A DNA stretch of 63,622 bases, the filler included, from Chiloscyllium plagiosum (taxonomy: Eukaryota), in the NCBI RefSeq assembly GCF_004010195.1. It is 4 parts of one record of this genome, joined end to end, with 100 filler letters (N's around TTAATTAATTAA, not from the genome) between each part and the next. Parts side by side here need not be neighbours in the genome. Positions count along the whole stretch, not along the records: positions 1 to 13,546 come from NC_057713.1; positions 13,647 to 34,541 come from NC_057713.1; 2 more parts are not named here. One strand, 5' to 3'. The position numbers were made by a program, and so were the translations under genes. Positions within the stretch are counted from its first letter, which is position 1. Every line of letters begins with the position of its first letter. Shown piece after piece: positions 12,193 to 24,915 of the stretch. The notes under the pieces are model-generated. The model was not told the origin of the DNA, did not search any database, and saw only the letters and a list, made by a program, of their open reading frames with translations.

Positions 12193-12457
12193 GTTAGCAA
12201 TTTTCACATACAAGCTGTAGACCTGGGTATTCCAACAGAGGTTCATGTTGGCCACAATGCTACTGGATATGGGGCTGGCTGGTATCTCGGTGCAATCACA
12301 GTGATGGAACCAACTGAGAATAAAGGAACCAATGAATATGTATTTCCATGTGAACAATGGCTAGACAGTGAAGTTGCTGATAGACAAACTAAACGGATAT
12401 TAAAGCTCCTTGGAAAGGTCAGCAACGAAAGCAAAATGCTGACAGAAAGTCTTCAGG
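12193..12457 (+). CDS. RP1: Internal coding exon, C-terminal half of the PLAT/LH2 domain (probably RP1 long isoform)
   Basis: Polypyrimidine tract and AG at 12191-12192, donor G|GTATGA. 265 nt, phase 0 to 1, in frame with exon 3430-3578. Encodes VSNFHIQAVDLGIPTEVHVGHNATGYGAGWYLGAITVMEPTENKGTNEYVFPCEQWLDSEVADRQTKRILKLLGKVSNESKMLTESLQ (PLAT motifs DLG, GH, GWYL, FPCxxWL). Confidence 0.78.
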
Positions 12458-12857
12458 GTATGATGTCAGTTAAGTTTTCTACTCTAAATGTAGTGTTTAG
12501 AGTGTTTAGGGAAAGAATAAGAAAGCAGAATTTGTATAAGTTCTCCTGTACAACATGACTAACTTTGTGTTATTAACAAAATATGTCTCGGTCAAAGTTG
12601 ATTTAATTCTGAATGCAATTTCCTTCCATTTCTCATATAATATCAGTTTTATGGTTCACATATGATATTGAATAGTTATTGTTTATAATTATGCCTACTT
12701 ATATTTTTACAGTTCTCTAGTTATCTTTGTAGTACTCACTATTGCCTTGACAGTGAGAGTAAGTAGATAACCCTGCTTGAAAGCCTTTGAGCACTGTGCT
12801 AATGAATTGAGTCAGATACGTGGATGTACAAGAACAGGCTGAGTTCTCTCCCTGTTC

Positions 12858-12957
12858 CTGATGAAGGGCTTATGCCTGAAATGTCGATTCTCCTGACTTG
12901 CTTGCTTTTCCAGCACCACACTCTCGACTCTGGTCTCCAGCATCTGCAGTCCTCACT
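12858..12957 (+). mobile_element. Solo PLE pLTR 3' fragment starting at the hammerhead core
   Basis: CTGATGAAGGGCTTATGCCTGAAATGTCGATTC...CTCCAGCATCTGCAGTCCTCACT, flanked by direct repeat TTCTCTCCCTGTTC at 12844-12857 and 12958-12971. Confidence 0.8.
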
Positions 12958-13169
12958 TTCTCTCCCTGTTCAGTTACTCTCCCTGCAGGAAACTAAATTG
13001 TCAGCAGTAAAGCATTCTCTTCAATAGCCAAATTAAAACCATGAAAAATTTGATTATTGAGAATAGGCCAGAATCCATTTATGAAGATTTTGTTAGCTTA
13101 ATACTGCAGCACAGATATAGCATATTCAGAATTAACCTTATGAAATATATTGCATTTTAATTTATATTG

Positions 13170-13546
13170 GGCTCAAGTGCGTATACTTCAACGCAAGGAG
13201 TATCAGAAATAAGGTGGGTGAACTTAAGGTGTGGATCGGTACCTGGGACTACGATGTTGTGGCCATCACGGAAACGTGGATAGATGTGGGACAGGAATGG
13301 CTGTTGGAGGTTCCTGGTTACAGGTGTTTCAGTAAGATTAGGGAGGGTGGGAAAAAAGGAGGGGGGGTGGCATTGCTAATTAGAAATGCAGAAAGGAAGT
13401 TTGAGGGGGATCTGCCTCTGGAGGTAGTATGGGCTGAAGTCAGAAATAGGAAAGGTGCAGTCACCTTGTTGGGTGTCTACTATAGGCCCCCCAATAGCAG
13501 CAGAGATGTGGAGAAACAGATGGGGAAACAGATTGTGGAAAGGTGC
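13170..13546 (+). mobile_element. CR1 ORF2 AP-endonuclease N-terminus, cut by contig end
   Basis: YFNARSIRNK..YDVVAITETW...GGGVALLI...GVYYRPP. Confidence 0.92.
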
Positions 13547-13646
13547 NNNNNNNNNNNNNNNNNNNNNNNNNNNNNNNNNNNNNNNNNNNNTTAATTAATT
13601 AANNNNNNNNNNNNNNNNNNNNNNNNNNNNNNNNNNNNNNNNNNNN
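13547..13646. other. Artificial contig spacer (44N-TTAATTAATTAA-44N)
   Basis: The 12-mer at 13591-13602 gives stops in all six frames, and an identical 100-nt layout occurs three times in the window. Confidence 0.95.
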
Positions 13647-14250
13647 AATTTCCAATACCTCTTCTCTACATACCTCAAAGCCATCCATTCTACTTAATTG
13701 TGACTCAGTATTCACATTGACAATAATGTCCTGTTCCTGATTGAATACTGACGAAAAGTATTCATTCAATGTCTCCCCAATCTCTTCAGCCTCCACACGC
13801 AACTTCCCACTACTATCCTTGACTGGACCTATTCCTACCCTAGTCATTCTTTTATTCCTGATATATCTATAGAAAGCCTTAGGTTTTCCCTAATCCTACC
13901 AACTAAGTACCTCCTTGCTGCTCTTAGCTCTCTCTTCAGGTCCTTCCTGGCTACCTTATAACTCTCAATCGCCCCAATTGAACCTTCACGCCTCATCTTT
14001 ACATAGGCCGTCCTCTTCCATTTAACAAGGGATTCCAATTCCTTATTAAACCACGGCTCCCTCACATGACCCTTTCTTCCCTGCCTGACGCGTACATACT
14101 TATCAAGGACACTCAATAGTTGCTCCTTGAACAACCTCCACATATCAATTACGCCCTTGCCTTGAAGCTTACTTTTCCAAGCCACACATCCTAAGTCATG
14201 CCTCACCGCATCATAATTTCCCTGCCCCCAGCTATAACTCTTGCCCTGTA
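13647..14250 (-). mobile_element. CR1 ORF2 fragment (endonuclease-RT linker)
   Basis: REPWFNKELESLV...IGPVKD...AEEIGETLNEYFSSVF. Confidence 0.88.
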
Positions 14251-17200
14251 GTTGTCGAGGTTTGCTTGCCACGAGTACTAGATCTACCTTCTATCAAGAA
14301 CTATGTGTCTACTGATGTGCAATAGCATTCTCATGTTGATGTCCCACACAAGGCATCCACCTAAAGGAATACAAATCTCCACATGCACAATACAAGACCT
14401 GTAGTTTTGGTGAGAGGTGATGGGGACAGGTTTGTGAAATCAGGAAGTCCCTCGCTTCGGACCAGGATATGATGATGGAACTTGACTCAGTAGTTTTGAT
14501 CTTGGAATAGGAAAAGAAGAGCATTTAGACAGGTTTCTTCATGACTGAGCATCTCTTTGCAGGATCCATTCTACTCACCCTACAATGGAAATGGGCTGGA
14601 ATAAGTGCCCTAAAAATAGTCTGTCCTGTTACCAACCTAGCTGGAAAATGACAGCCAATGGACTTATCTACCTAACGATCTGAAAACCAAAGTCAGACTC
14701 AATCTCAGAGCCTGAAATGTATGAAACATCATGGATAATGAGGAGGACAGTTGTCCAAAGAAAAGAGCTGCCTTTGTTGCCCCTGAACTTGGACATGTCC
14801 ATATTGATATTGCTGCCCTGCAGGAGACCCAAAGAGCAGGTGAGGGGCAGCTGTGAGAAGAAGTTGATGATTACTCTTCTTCCTGGAGAAGAAAACCCAA
14901 GGATCAACCCAAGATGTATGGAATTGGATTCACTATCAAGAACAAACTCATTGACCAGCTCTCAGAGCTCCCTATAGGCAACAACAATCATCTCATGAAT
15001 CTTTGCATACAACTTGCCAAGAATTAGCACTCAAATATCACAAATGCCTATGCTCTCACCCTTGATGCTTTAGATGAATCCAAAGAAGGCTTCTACTCTG
15101 ATGTGGACACCATGTTCATTGACATTCCCGGAGAAGATAAAATTATCACCCCTCGGGACTTCATAGCCAGTATTGGAATGGAAGTTCAACTCTTGAAAGG
15201 TGCCAGCAGAAAAAAAAAGTCAGGAATTATGACTCCAACAGGATTCTCCTACTCACCAGCTGTGCAGACCAGCAGGTCATTACGAACATGCTGTTCCATC
15301 AAAATCACAATTCCAGACTTCTTGGAGGCATTTACAATTAAAGCATGGGCTCATGATTCTATTTTAAGACCAAAGGATGTCCTCATTACCAAAGCAATGA
15401 CTAATGCAAATGACTGGTAAACAAATCACCAGCTCATTCGCTCTTCAATACTCATCAAATGCCACAAGAAGAAACTGAAAATTAAAAAATAGTTCAGAAA
15501 AATCTCCAATGTTGAGCAGCTGCAAACAACAAGCAGACTAGCAAACCTCCAACAATGCTTTCACCAAAATCTCAAAAGAGTTCATTTTAATAGAGTGGAA
15601 GAAATCTAGAAAGAGCTGTAGCCGGCTCATGAGGAAACCATAGAATACAAGACTAGGAAACACATAAATTACCACATCATTCAAGACCTCATCGATAAGA
15701 AGAGGAAAGGTCTCCATTCCTGGCAAAGCAACATCGCCAGCAAGGAAAACAGGAGAACTAATCAAACAGCAAAGGTGAAGTTACAAGGAAGCACTGGGGA
15801 AATCAAGAACCAATGGTGGATTGAGAAAGTTAAGGAACTGCAACTTGTTGCTGACAACAAGTATTTCTTCAGTGCCATAAAGGCAATATACCAGTGGCCT
15901 CAAACCAGTGTAGAGTAAGGACAGAACACTTTTCAAAGACTGAAAACATCAGCTTTCTTTGGAGAGAACACTTCAAAGAACTCTTGAACTGCAATGCAAT
16001 TGTTGACTAGGATGCTATTGAGGAAATCCCCAAATTCCCAACAAGTGTGGCTGAAGTTGAAGCTGTATCAGACACGTGAAGAATGGAAAAGCCACAGGAA
16101 TTGTTGGGATTCCAGCAGAGGATTTAAACCTTGGAGGAGTAGAGTTTATCTGTCATTTCGATCAACTCTTCCTAAAATTATGGTACAAAGAAGAAATCCC
16201 TGCTGATCTCAGGGATGCTACCATCACCACTATCTTTAAGAAAAGAGACCAAGTTTACTGTGGGGACCACTGAAGAATCTCCCCACTCTCAATTTCCAGG
16301 AAGATTACCACCTGAATCCTCACCAATCCGAAAGGAAATCCTTCCTGAAAGGCACTGTGGCTTCTGACCAAACAGTGCAACTATGGGCATGATTTTCACT
16401 GCTTGATCACTCCAAGAGAAATATGATGAAGGCTTTTGACCAAGTTAACTGTGAATTGCTATGGAAGAGCCTACCAAAAACTGGCTGACCAGAGAAATTA
16501 ATCACATTATCTGTCTCTTACACAAGATTTTTGTTTCCCTGTCTTCCTGTCTTTTTTTCCTGTCTTCATTGCCACCATTCTTCTTCTTGTCAATGACAAG
16601 TTTCCCCGTAGTGTCGACATTGTCGACACATGGACAGAAAAGTTTTCAACCAAAACCAGTTGAAATCCAAAAAGAAAACAACACCAATCTTGCTTGTGGA
16701 GCTTCAATATGTGGATGTGAATTTTCAAGCCTCACTTAATGCCTTCTTAAAAGCATATCGAAAATCTCATGCTCAACTTCAAGAAGACACAAATCCTTTA
16801 CCAACCAGTACCAAGTCAGTCTCTGGTCCATCCCTCCATTAATATCATTAGAGAAATTCTCCCAAACTTGGAACATTTCTCTTACTTGGGAAACTGCCTC
16901 TCATCTGAGGCTGGCATTGATGCGGAGTTTCAACATTACATTCAACCTTCGAGTACCAACTTTGTGTCTTCAACAACCATGACACCTGTGCTGACACCAA
17001 GATCCTTGTGTTTAAGTCATCCTTCTGACTCTTCTATATGGCTCTGAAACATAGACTGTGTGTAGATGCCATCTCAAGATTTGAGAAATACCTTCATTAT
17101 TGTTTGAGTTGGATTCTCCATCTCAGCTTGGAAAACAGGCACAGTATCCTTGAAGCAGCTATCAGCACCAGCATCAAGGCCATGATAATCCAAAACCAAC

Positions 17201-17392
17201 TCTGCTGGTCACCCATGGGTTTAAGATGCCTGAGTCCCAACTACCAAAGCAAAATACCATCACCTAGTTCAAGGAAGGCACTCATGAGAGGGACAAAGGA
17301 AGCATTTCTGAGTCCCTGAAGGCTTCTCTCAAGAAATGCAAAATAGATGTCACAACATGGCAGACCTTCATTCTGAAGAAGCCAGCTTCTAA

Positions 17393-18073
17393 GGGTAGCA
17401 TAGTGGCTCAGTGGTTAGCGCTGCTACTTCACAGTGCCAGAGATCCAGGTTTGATTCCAGCTTCGAACGACTGTGTGGAGTTTTGCAAGTTTTCCCCATG
17501 TCTGGGTTTGCTTCAGGTGCTCTGGGTTCCTCCCACAGGCCAAACATGTGCAGGTTAAGTGGATTGGCCACACTGAAATTGTCCCTACTGTTCAGGATAC
17601 ACAGGCTAATTGGATTAGTTATGGTAAATGTGAGGTTACGGGATTAGATTAGATTACATTACATTACAGTGTGGAGACAGGCCCTTCAGCCCAACAAGTC
17701 CACACCGACCCGCCGAAGCGCAACCCACCCATACCCCTACATTTACCCCTTACCTAACACTACGGGCAATTTAGCATGGCCAATTCACCTGACCTGCACA
17801 TCTTTGGACTGTGGGAGGAAACCGGAGCACCCGGAGGAAACCCACGCAGACACGGGGAGAACGTGCAAACTCCACACAGTCAGTCGCCTGAGGCGGGAAT
17901 TGAACCCGGGTCTCTGGCGCTGTGAGGCAGCAGTGCTAACCACTGGGCCACCGTGCCGCCCAGTGGTTAGCACTGGTAGGGGGATGGGTCTAGGTGGGGT
18001 GCTGTTTGGAGGTTCGGAGCAGACTAAATGGACCAAATGGCCTCCTTCTGTACTGTAGGATTTCTATGATTCT
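17393..18073 (+). mobile_element. Older HE1 V-SINE split by a younger HE1 insertion
   Basis: Head at 17393-17642; 3' part (GGGGGATGGGTCT...TACTGTAGGATTTCTATGATTC) at about 17976-18073. Confidence 0.85.
17643..17961 (-). mobile_element. Young full-length HE1 V-SINE
   Basis: The reverse strand starts GGGCGGCACGGTGGCCCAGTGGTTAGC, retains its CpGs and ends in a (TGTAA)n(TCTAA)n tail. Nearly identical to the copy at 33172. Confidence 0.95.
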
Positions 18074-18496
18074 GCAATCTTGTGGGGAAGATCATATATG
18101 AGGTGGCTGAATTCTTTGAGAACACTCATCAGCAAGACAAAATATAGAAAAGGAATCTGAGAAGGGAATGCCAGTGATTCCGAGGCCAAGGACTACTTGC
18201 GCCTCTTGCAACACCTGCCAAATATGTGGCCATTGATGTGGTTGTTGGATCTGGCTCATCAACCACACAAGGACCCCCAGAAGCCATGACCAGTGACTTG
18301 GACATGTTGTCAAATACCTTTCAGAGTGTCTCAACAGATTACAAGAATTTCTGAGGCACTGCTAATCCTACTGTCCACTGTCAGAATTATAGCATTCATT
18401 TTCTTTCCAATGGCCTTCTTATAATATTTCTGTTATAACCTATTGTCCACCTAGTACAGACTGATGCCACCCATGCCAATGTGGTACAGTCCTTAC

Positions 18497-20530
18497 AGTC
18501 ATAGAACATAAAGCGTGAAAACAGACATTTCAGTCCAATCATCCATGCCAAACATAATCTCAAATTAAACTAATCTGACTTGCCTGCTCCCTGCCCAAAT
18601 CTCTCCAAACCATTCCTATTAATGTACTTATACAAACGTCTTTTAAACATTTATAATTGTACCCACATTCACCACTTTCTCAGATAGTTCATTGCAGATG
18701 TGAAATACCTTCTGTGTAAAATATTTGCTCTTCATGTCTTTTTAAAATCTGTCCCCTCTCAGCTTAAAAATGTGTCCCTAGTCTTGAAATTTCCATCCCA
18801 GGGAAAACACGACTACCATTAACTCTATCTATACCCTTCATTACTTTATTTAGATTAGATTTAGATTAGATTAGATTAGATTGCAGCGTGGAAACAGACC
18901 GTTCGGCCCAACAAGTCCACACCGACCCGCCGAAGTGCAACCCACCCATACCCCTACATTTATCCCTTACCTCACACTACGGGCAACTTAGCACGACCAA
19001 TTCACCTGATCTGCACAATTTGGACTGTGGGAGGAAACTGGAGCACCCGAAGGAAACCCACGCAGACACTTCCATCAGATCACTTCTCAACATTGTACGC
19101 TCCAGTGAAAAATGTCCCAGCCTATCCAGCCATTCTTTATAAGTCAAACCTTCTGTACCCAGCAATATTCTGGTAAATTTCTTCTGAACCCTCTCCAACT
19201 TAATAATATCCTTTCTATAACTGGGTGACCAGAACTGGACACAGTATTCAAGAAGAGACCTCGCCAATTCCTGTACAAACTCAACATGACTTCCTAACTC
19301 CTATATTCAAATGACTGAGCAATGAAGGCAGTTGTGCCAAATGCCTTTTTAAACACTCTGTCTGTATGTAATGCAAACTTCAAAGAATTATGTACCGAAC
19401 CCTTAGGTCCCTGTGTTTGACAACATTACCCAAGGCCCCTGCATTAGTTGTATAAGAGGACCCAGAACTGATCCCTGTGGAACACCACTGGTGACAGGCT
19501 CCAGTCTGAAAAGCAACCCTCTACCACCACTCTTTGTCTCCTGCTGTTAAGCCAATTAAGAATGCAATTGGGAAGCTCATCCTGAATCCTATGTGACCTA
19601 ATTAGGAATTAGTCTACATTTGGAATCTTGTCAAAGGCTTTACTAAAATCCAACTTTACTTATGTTCACTGCTCTGCCCTCATCAATCTTTTTGGTAACT
19701 TCCTCAAAAAAACTCATTCAAGTTTGTCAAACACAATTTTCCTCAGACAAAACCATGCTGACTATTCCTAATCAATTTTTGCCTCTCCAAATGTCCATAA
19801 ATCCTACTCTTTATGATCACCAACCAAAGTCAGAGTCACAAGTCTATAGCTCCCTGGTTTCTCTTTACAACCCTTCTTAAACAAAAGTACAACATTAGCC
19901 AGCCTCCAGTCATCAGGCACCATTATGGATGATGCAAATATTTATGCAAGGGGTCTTGCAGCTTCTTCCCTTACTTCCCACAACATTCTAGGATACATTC
20001 AATCACATCCTGGATATTTATCCACAATTATATTTTCCAAGACCTCCTGAGCTTCCTCTTTTGTAATGTTAACTGTTTTTAAAACATCAAGATTTATTTT
20101 TGTTCGTTCTCTAGACTCCATTTCTTTCTCCACAGTAAAAACTGATGTGCAATGTTCATTTAACATCTCTCCATCTCCTGGGGTACAACACACAAATGAC
20201 CTCCTACCCTATCTCTATTAACCCTCTTGCTCTTAATGTATTTATTGAATCTCTTAGGATTAGCATATAACTTTAAGGATAATTCAATCTCAAATCCCCT
20301 CTTTACCTTCCAGATTTCTTTCTTAAGAATGACCCAACACTTTTTGCATTGAATAAGAGATTCAATTGAACTACGATATCTGTACTTAAAATAAGGTTCT
20401 CTTTTATTCTTGACTAGAACCTCAATATCTTTATTCATCCATTGTTCCTTAATCTTACCAGCCTTACCAGGAACGTAATGCCTCTGAATTCATGTCATCA
20501 CACTCTTTCCACTTGTCAGTTGTCCCTTTA
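18497..20530 (-). mobile_element. Decayed CR1 LINE with nested HE1
   Basis: LLEYCVQFWSPSYRKDIIKLERVQKKF, MLNEHCTSVFT, NPKRFNKYIKSKR. Confidence 0.88.
18851..19068 (-). mobile_element. 5'-truncated HE1 V-SINE
   Basis: (GATTA)n tail on +, V-domain GGAAACCCACGCAGACAC. Confidence 0.9.
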
Positions 20531-21769
20531 CCTGCAAACAGCCTACTCCAGTCTAGCACCAGGGCTACTTGAAAACACCCTAAAAGCCATCTGTACTTTC
20601 ACCCACAACTTGTTCAGGGAATGTTGTATACTTTGATCTTGCATACCTCTGCGTAGCTACAATTGTGCAGTAAATGACATCCAGCACCATAGGGACCCTG
20701 CTATCCTAGTCAGGTCATATGCATGCTGTGCTATTTCTCTCTGGAAAGAAAGAATGGAATTTGTTTCTCTCTCATTGCTTACAAAATATTTGTGATCTCC
20801 CTTGGGGCTAATGAGACCCTTTGTTTACAAATTAATGACTAATTTAAGGCCTTAACCCACTCTTACATTTACCTTTGGCAAATAGATGCTCAAGTGTATA
20901 AGAAGCCTGGCAGCTTAACTGCACAAGCTGGTGCCAAACATTGCAAGTTCCCTCTGTTCATTGGAGGCTCCTCCTCAAGATCCCAAGTCTCTATTTGCCC
21001 TCCTCTCCTGTTCTCACAAATCTGGCTACCCACTCCCCTCCCTTCTCTCACCATAGCCTGCTAGCCTGATATTGGCAAATCCACTTAACCTGCTGTCCAG
21101 TTCCAACTCTGGTCTCTATCAAGGACTTCCTGTGATCCCAGCTTTGGACATTAATTGAGCAGCAGTTCTCTGAGGCTAGATTTCTTTGCCTGAAAGGGTG
21201 TAAATGGCCTTTTAGTTGTTAAATGATAATGGGATATCGGGTCTTTCCCTTGGCAGGCCCCCAGTGACATTTTACCTGGGTGAGGGCAGGGACCATGGTG
21301 CCCTGTAAAGTCCAGTCCTATGTTCAGTTATGTGCACTTAAACAAAAGCATTTAAATTGCCAAAAGTTAAACATGGCAGCGCTGGCAACAAGTCACTGTT
21401 AAATGCTATTTAGTCTCACAAACTACATTCTGTGTGTACTTTTGAAAAATGTCCCTAATGCCAGCGCAAATGCCCTAACCAAAATGGTGGCCACCAGAGG
21501 TGATATCATTTTCATTTCAAATACACACATAGCATCAATGTTCAGGAGACAAGTTTTGTGATCCTTTTTAGTTGTCAGTCAAGCATTACTGTTGACAAGA
21601 AATTACATGCTTGAAAGCATAACCAAATTTCTATTTAATAATTAACTAACTGTGAGCATGCAGAAACCCTTCACTTAATTATCTACCCTAGAATCTGTGG
21701 CTGAGAGTTTTGTGGACAATCCATCCCATGATTATTTTCTGATTTCTGCAGATGATGGCTTTAATTTTC

Positions 21770-23320
21770 TTTACTGTCCTGTCTACCTGTGACTCCACTT
21801 TCAGTGAACTGTGCACCTAAACTCCAAGGTTCCTCTGTTCTACTACCCTCCTTAAGGCTCTACCATTGATCACGAAACTCCTGTTTTGACTTGATGTTCC
21901 AAAATGTAACAACTCACACCCCATTTGCCATTTCTTGGCCCACTTCCCCAGCTGACCAAGGTCCTGCTGCAATTTCTGATAACATTCCTCACGATCCACA
22001 AATCCACTTATTTTAGTGTTATCTGCAACCTTACTAATCATGCCTTGTACATTCTCATCCAAATCATTGATATAGATAACAAATGGCAATGGACCCAGCA
22101 CCCACGCCATAAGCGCTCCACTAGTCACAGGCCTCTAGTCTGACAAACATCCTTCCACTATTACCCTCTGCTTCCTACCATCAGACCAATTTTGTATCCA
22201 ATTTTCCAGCTCCCCTTGACTCCATGTGATCTAACCTTCCAGAGCAGCTTACCATGTGGAACCTTATTAAAGGCCTTGCTGAAATCCATATAGACTACAT
22301 CTACCGCTCTGCCCTTTTCACTTCATCAAAGAACCCGAACAAATTTTGTAAGACATGGTCTCCCAAAGCCATACTAACTACTGTTAATCAAATCCTGTCT
22401 TTCCAAATGCATACATATCTTATCTTTCAGAATCTTTTAAAGTAACTTACCTACCACAGATGTTAGGTTTACTGGTCTAGATATCCCAGGTTTTTCTTTG
22501 CAGCCCTTCTTGAATTGGGCACGACATTCGCTACCTTCCAAAACCTCACCTGTGGCTAACGATGATGCAAGCATATCAGCCAGGGCCCCTGTAATTCTTT
22601 CTCTAGCCTCTTGCAGTGTTCTTGGATATATCTGATCAGGACCAGGAGATTTATCCACTTTCATTCATTCTATTACATCCAATACCTCCTCTATTGTGAT
22701 AAGGACTGTCCCCAAGATATGACCACTAACTCCCCCAAGTTTCCAAGACTTCATCTCTTTCTCCACAGTAAACACAGAAAAATATTCATCAAAGTCTTCG
22801 CCCATTTCCTGTGTTTCTACACATTTATGTCCACTTTGGTCCTTGAGTGGTCATATTCTCTCCAGTTATTCTTTTTACTTTAATATACTTAAAAAACCTC
22901 TTTGGATTCACCCTAATCTCCTCAGCCAAGGCCATCTCGTGCCCCCTTTTCGCCCTCCTGATTTTCTTCTTGAGTAAACTCCTGTATCCCCTATATATTC
23001 CCTTGATCCCAGCTGCCTGTACCTGAGCCATACCTGCTTTTTTCTGGTTAAAATTTCAATATCTCTTGTCATCCAGGGTTCCCTATTCCTGCCAACCTTA
23101 CCCTTCACCCTCACAGGAGCATATAGAGCATATTGAACGCTAGCTATCTCACCTTTAAAGTCCTCCCATATACCAGAGGTCCCTTCGCCTGAAAACAAAC
23201 TACTACAATCAACCCGTGCAAGCTCCTGTCTAATTCAATCAAAATTCACCTTGCCCCAATTTAGAACATGAACCTGTGGACCTGTTTTGTCCCTCTCCAT
23301 AGCTATTTTAAAACTAATAG
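21770..23320 (-). mobile_element. CR1 ORF2 fragment
   Basis: VIYINDLDENV..SKVADNTKI, KSPGPDQIYPR, EPWMTRDIE. Same subfamily as 5135-6670. Confidence 0.9.
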
Positions 23321-23749
23321 TCCTCAACAATGATGCCAGATGCTATGAGAAAATGGCCAGTAGGGTTACAGGGAGAGGGACTTTACTGTTAAAATGAATT
23401 GATCTATCTTTCCACAACAAAGGTGCAGGTGCTAGGGAAAAGGCAACACCCAAAGTGAGAGGAGTTTACTTGTTAGTTACTGGTACCTGGAGTGGAAAAG
23501 GGAAAGAATCAGCTGCTGGATATTCACAGTCCCTATTGAAACTAAGTCTTATCCTGTCTGCATAACTTATAATCATAGCAGATTGGAGGCATTCTCTGGG
23601 TTTTCCTGTGAGAGGCCTATTCAACAATCTATGCAAGCAGAGTCAAGGTCCTTCCCTGTGAGCTCATCAACTTCCTCTTCAAACAGAAGTTAATATTCAA
23701 CCCCTCTTCAGACTGCTCTCTCCTGTCGTGGATGACCTTACCCTGCAGG

Positions 23750-24030
23750 GAGAAAAAGAGGTGCTGTGTATCATCACAGTGGTTGCATGCGCACTTCATC
23801 AACTTACATAGCCATTGCATGATCCTAAGGAATATTGACCACATGAGGTGGCTATACCAATTCAGTGTGCATATTCCATGTGGTACTGAGATCACACATG
23901 GTCATTCTAACTGACATCCCTCTGGATTGGTATAGATAGAATGAGTGATGCTTCTATGAGTGTAATTTTGCAGGGAGCAGACCCTTGGGAGCTGCAAGAG
24001 CTCGTTCATCCTTTTCCGACACTGAATTGA
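23750..24030 (+). mobile_element. Possible second Harbinger transposase relic
   Basis: Very degenerate FHVVLRS (compare THVALRA) and GSCKSSFIL (compare GSCHDSFIL) occur in the expected order. Confidence 0.25.
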
Positions 24031-24399
24031 AAATCTTTTCTGAGGTGCTAACCTACATTACTGCCTAGGTCCCAACTGGGATGGCCTCCTTCTGCTTCCT
24101 TTGGGAAATTTTCCAGAATAATGAACCAAAACTCCAGTGAGGCATTGCTGAATCATGGGACCAGTTTCTGTTTGATCTGAAACATCACTGAGTTTTAGGG
24201 GTGGAGGGTTAGTCGGGATGTGAAGGGATGTGACCAATATAAGATCCAGAGGTGCCTCATACTTGCAATAAGTAAAGGGTACACTGAGTATACTTTAAAT
24301 GTGGTACATCAACCTTCAATTCTGGAAGGGGCTGGGATACGTAAAAACCTCCTTCCTTCCCAACCCACAGGACTTGCCATTGACTCTTACAAAAAAGAT

Positions 24400-24915
24400 A
24401 CATGCATATGTAATAAGCTGAGAAAAGTGTGAACATGTGGGAAAAGCCCAAGAAGAAATTATTCAACCTTCCAGGCCTGCTACCAGATTCAGACTCCATA
24501 ATAGAAAATTATGTCATAACAAGCAGCTTGAGGCAAAGGATATTCCTAGGACTCTGTTAAAAATCACACAACACCAGGTTATAGTCCAACAGGTTTAATT
24601 GGAAGCACACTAGCTTTCAGAGCGACGCTCCTTCATCAGGTGACAATCTGTTGGACTATAACCTGGCATTGTGTGATTTTTAACTTTGTACACCCCAGTC
24701 CAACACCGGCATCTCTGAACCTAGGATTCTGGGTACTGATGGCATTCTGGTAATGGAACTGAAGACTTGTTCTCCTGAATTAGGTGCAATCTTTGCCGAG
24801 CTGATCCAGTAGAGCAACACTGGTGTTTATCATGTGGGAAAGTGCTCAGGTATGTATCGTCCACAAAAAAAGGGATGATTCCAATCCAGTCAATTACCAC
24901 CGCATCAGCTTACAA
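24400..24915 (+). mobile_element. Jockey/CR1-group LINE RT N-terminal fragment (not HER1), host of a PLE insertion
   Basis: GTDGILVMELKTCSPELGAIFAELIQ...WESAQVCIVHKKRDDSNPVNYHRISL. Confidence 0.75.
24556..24719. mobile_element. Short fold-back PLE pLTR insertion, same family as 1334-2467
   Basis: GTTAAAAATCACACAACACCAGGTTATAGTCCAACAG is inverted at 24648-24684. Hammerhead core on - at 24615-24639. TSD CCTAGGA(C/T)TCT at 24545-24555 and 24720-24730. Confidence 0.85.

Larger units (their letters stand above)
14690..18300 (+). mobile_element. Decayed near-full-length RTE-clade (BovB-like) LINE, interrupted by SINEs at 17393-18073
   Basis: In order: IMDN..RAAFVAPEL..VHIDIAALQET..AGEGQL, NAYALTLDA..KEGFYSD, GKATG, EEIPADLRDATITTIFKK, KKTQILYQP, FSYLG, QLCW, and terminal TCQICG...LINHTRT. 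This is the typical RTE single-ORF motif order, with many stops and frameshifts. Confidence 0.8.

Noticed and set aside
13591..13602. TTAATTAATTAA as a biological motif (piggyBac TTAA site or homeodomain site)
   Set aside because: It is always centred in exactly 44N on each side; it is a synthetic spacer.
20640..21560. Possible non-autonomous DNA transposon or regulatory island
   Set aside because: It looks repeat-like, but I could not identify paired TIRs, a TSD or coding motifs.
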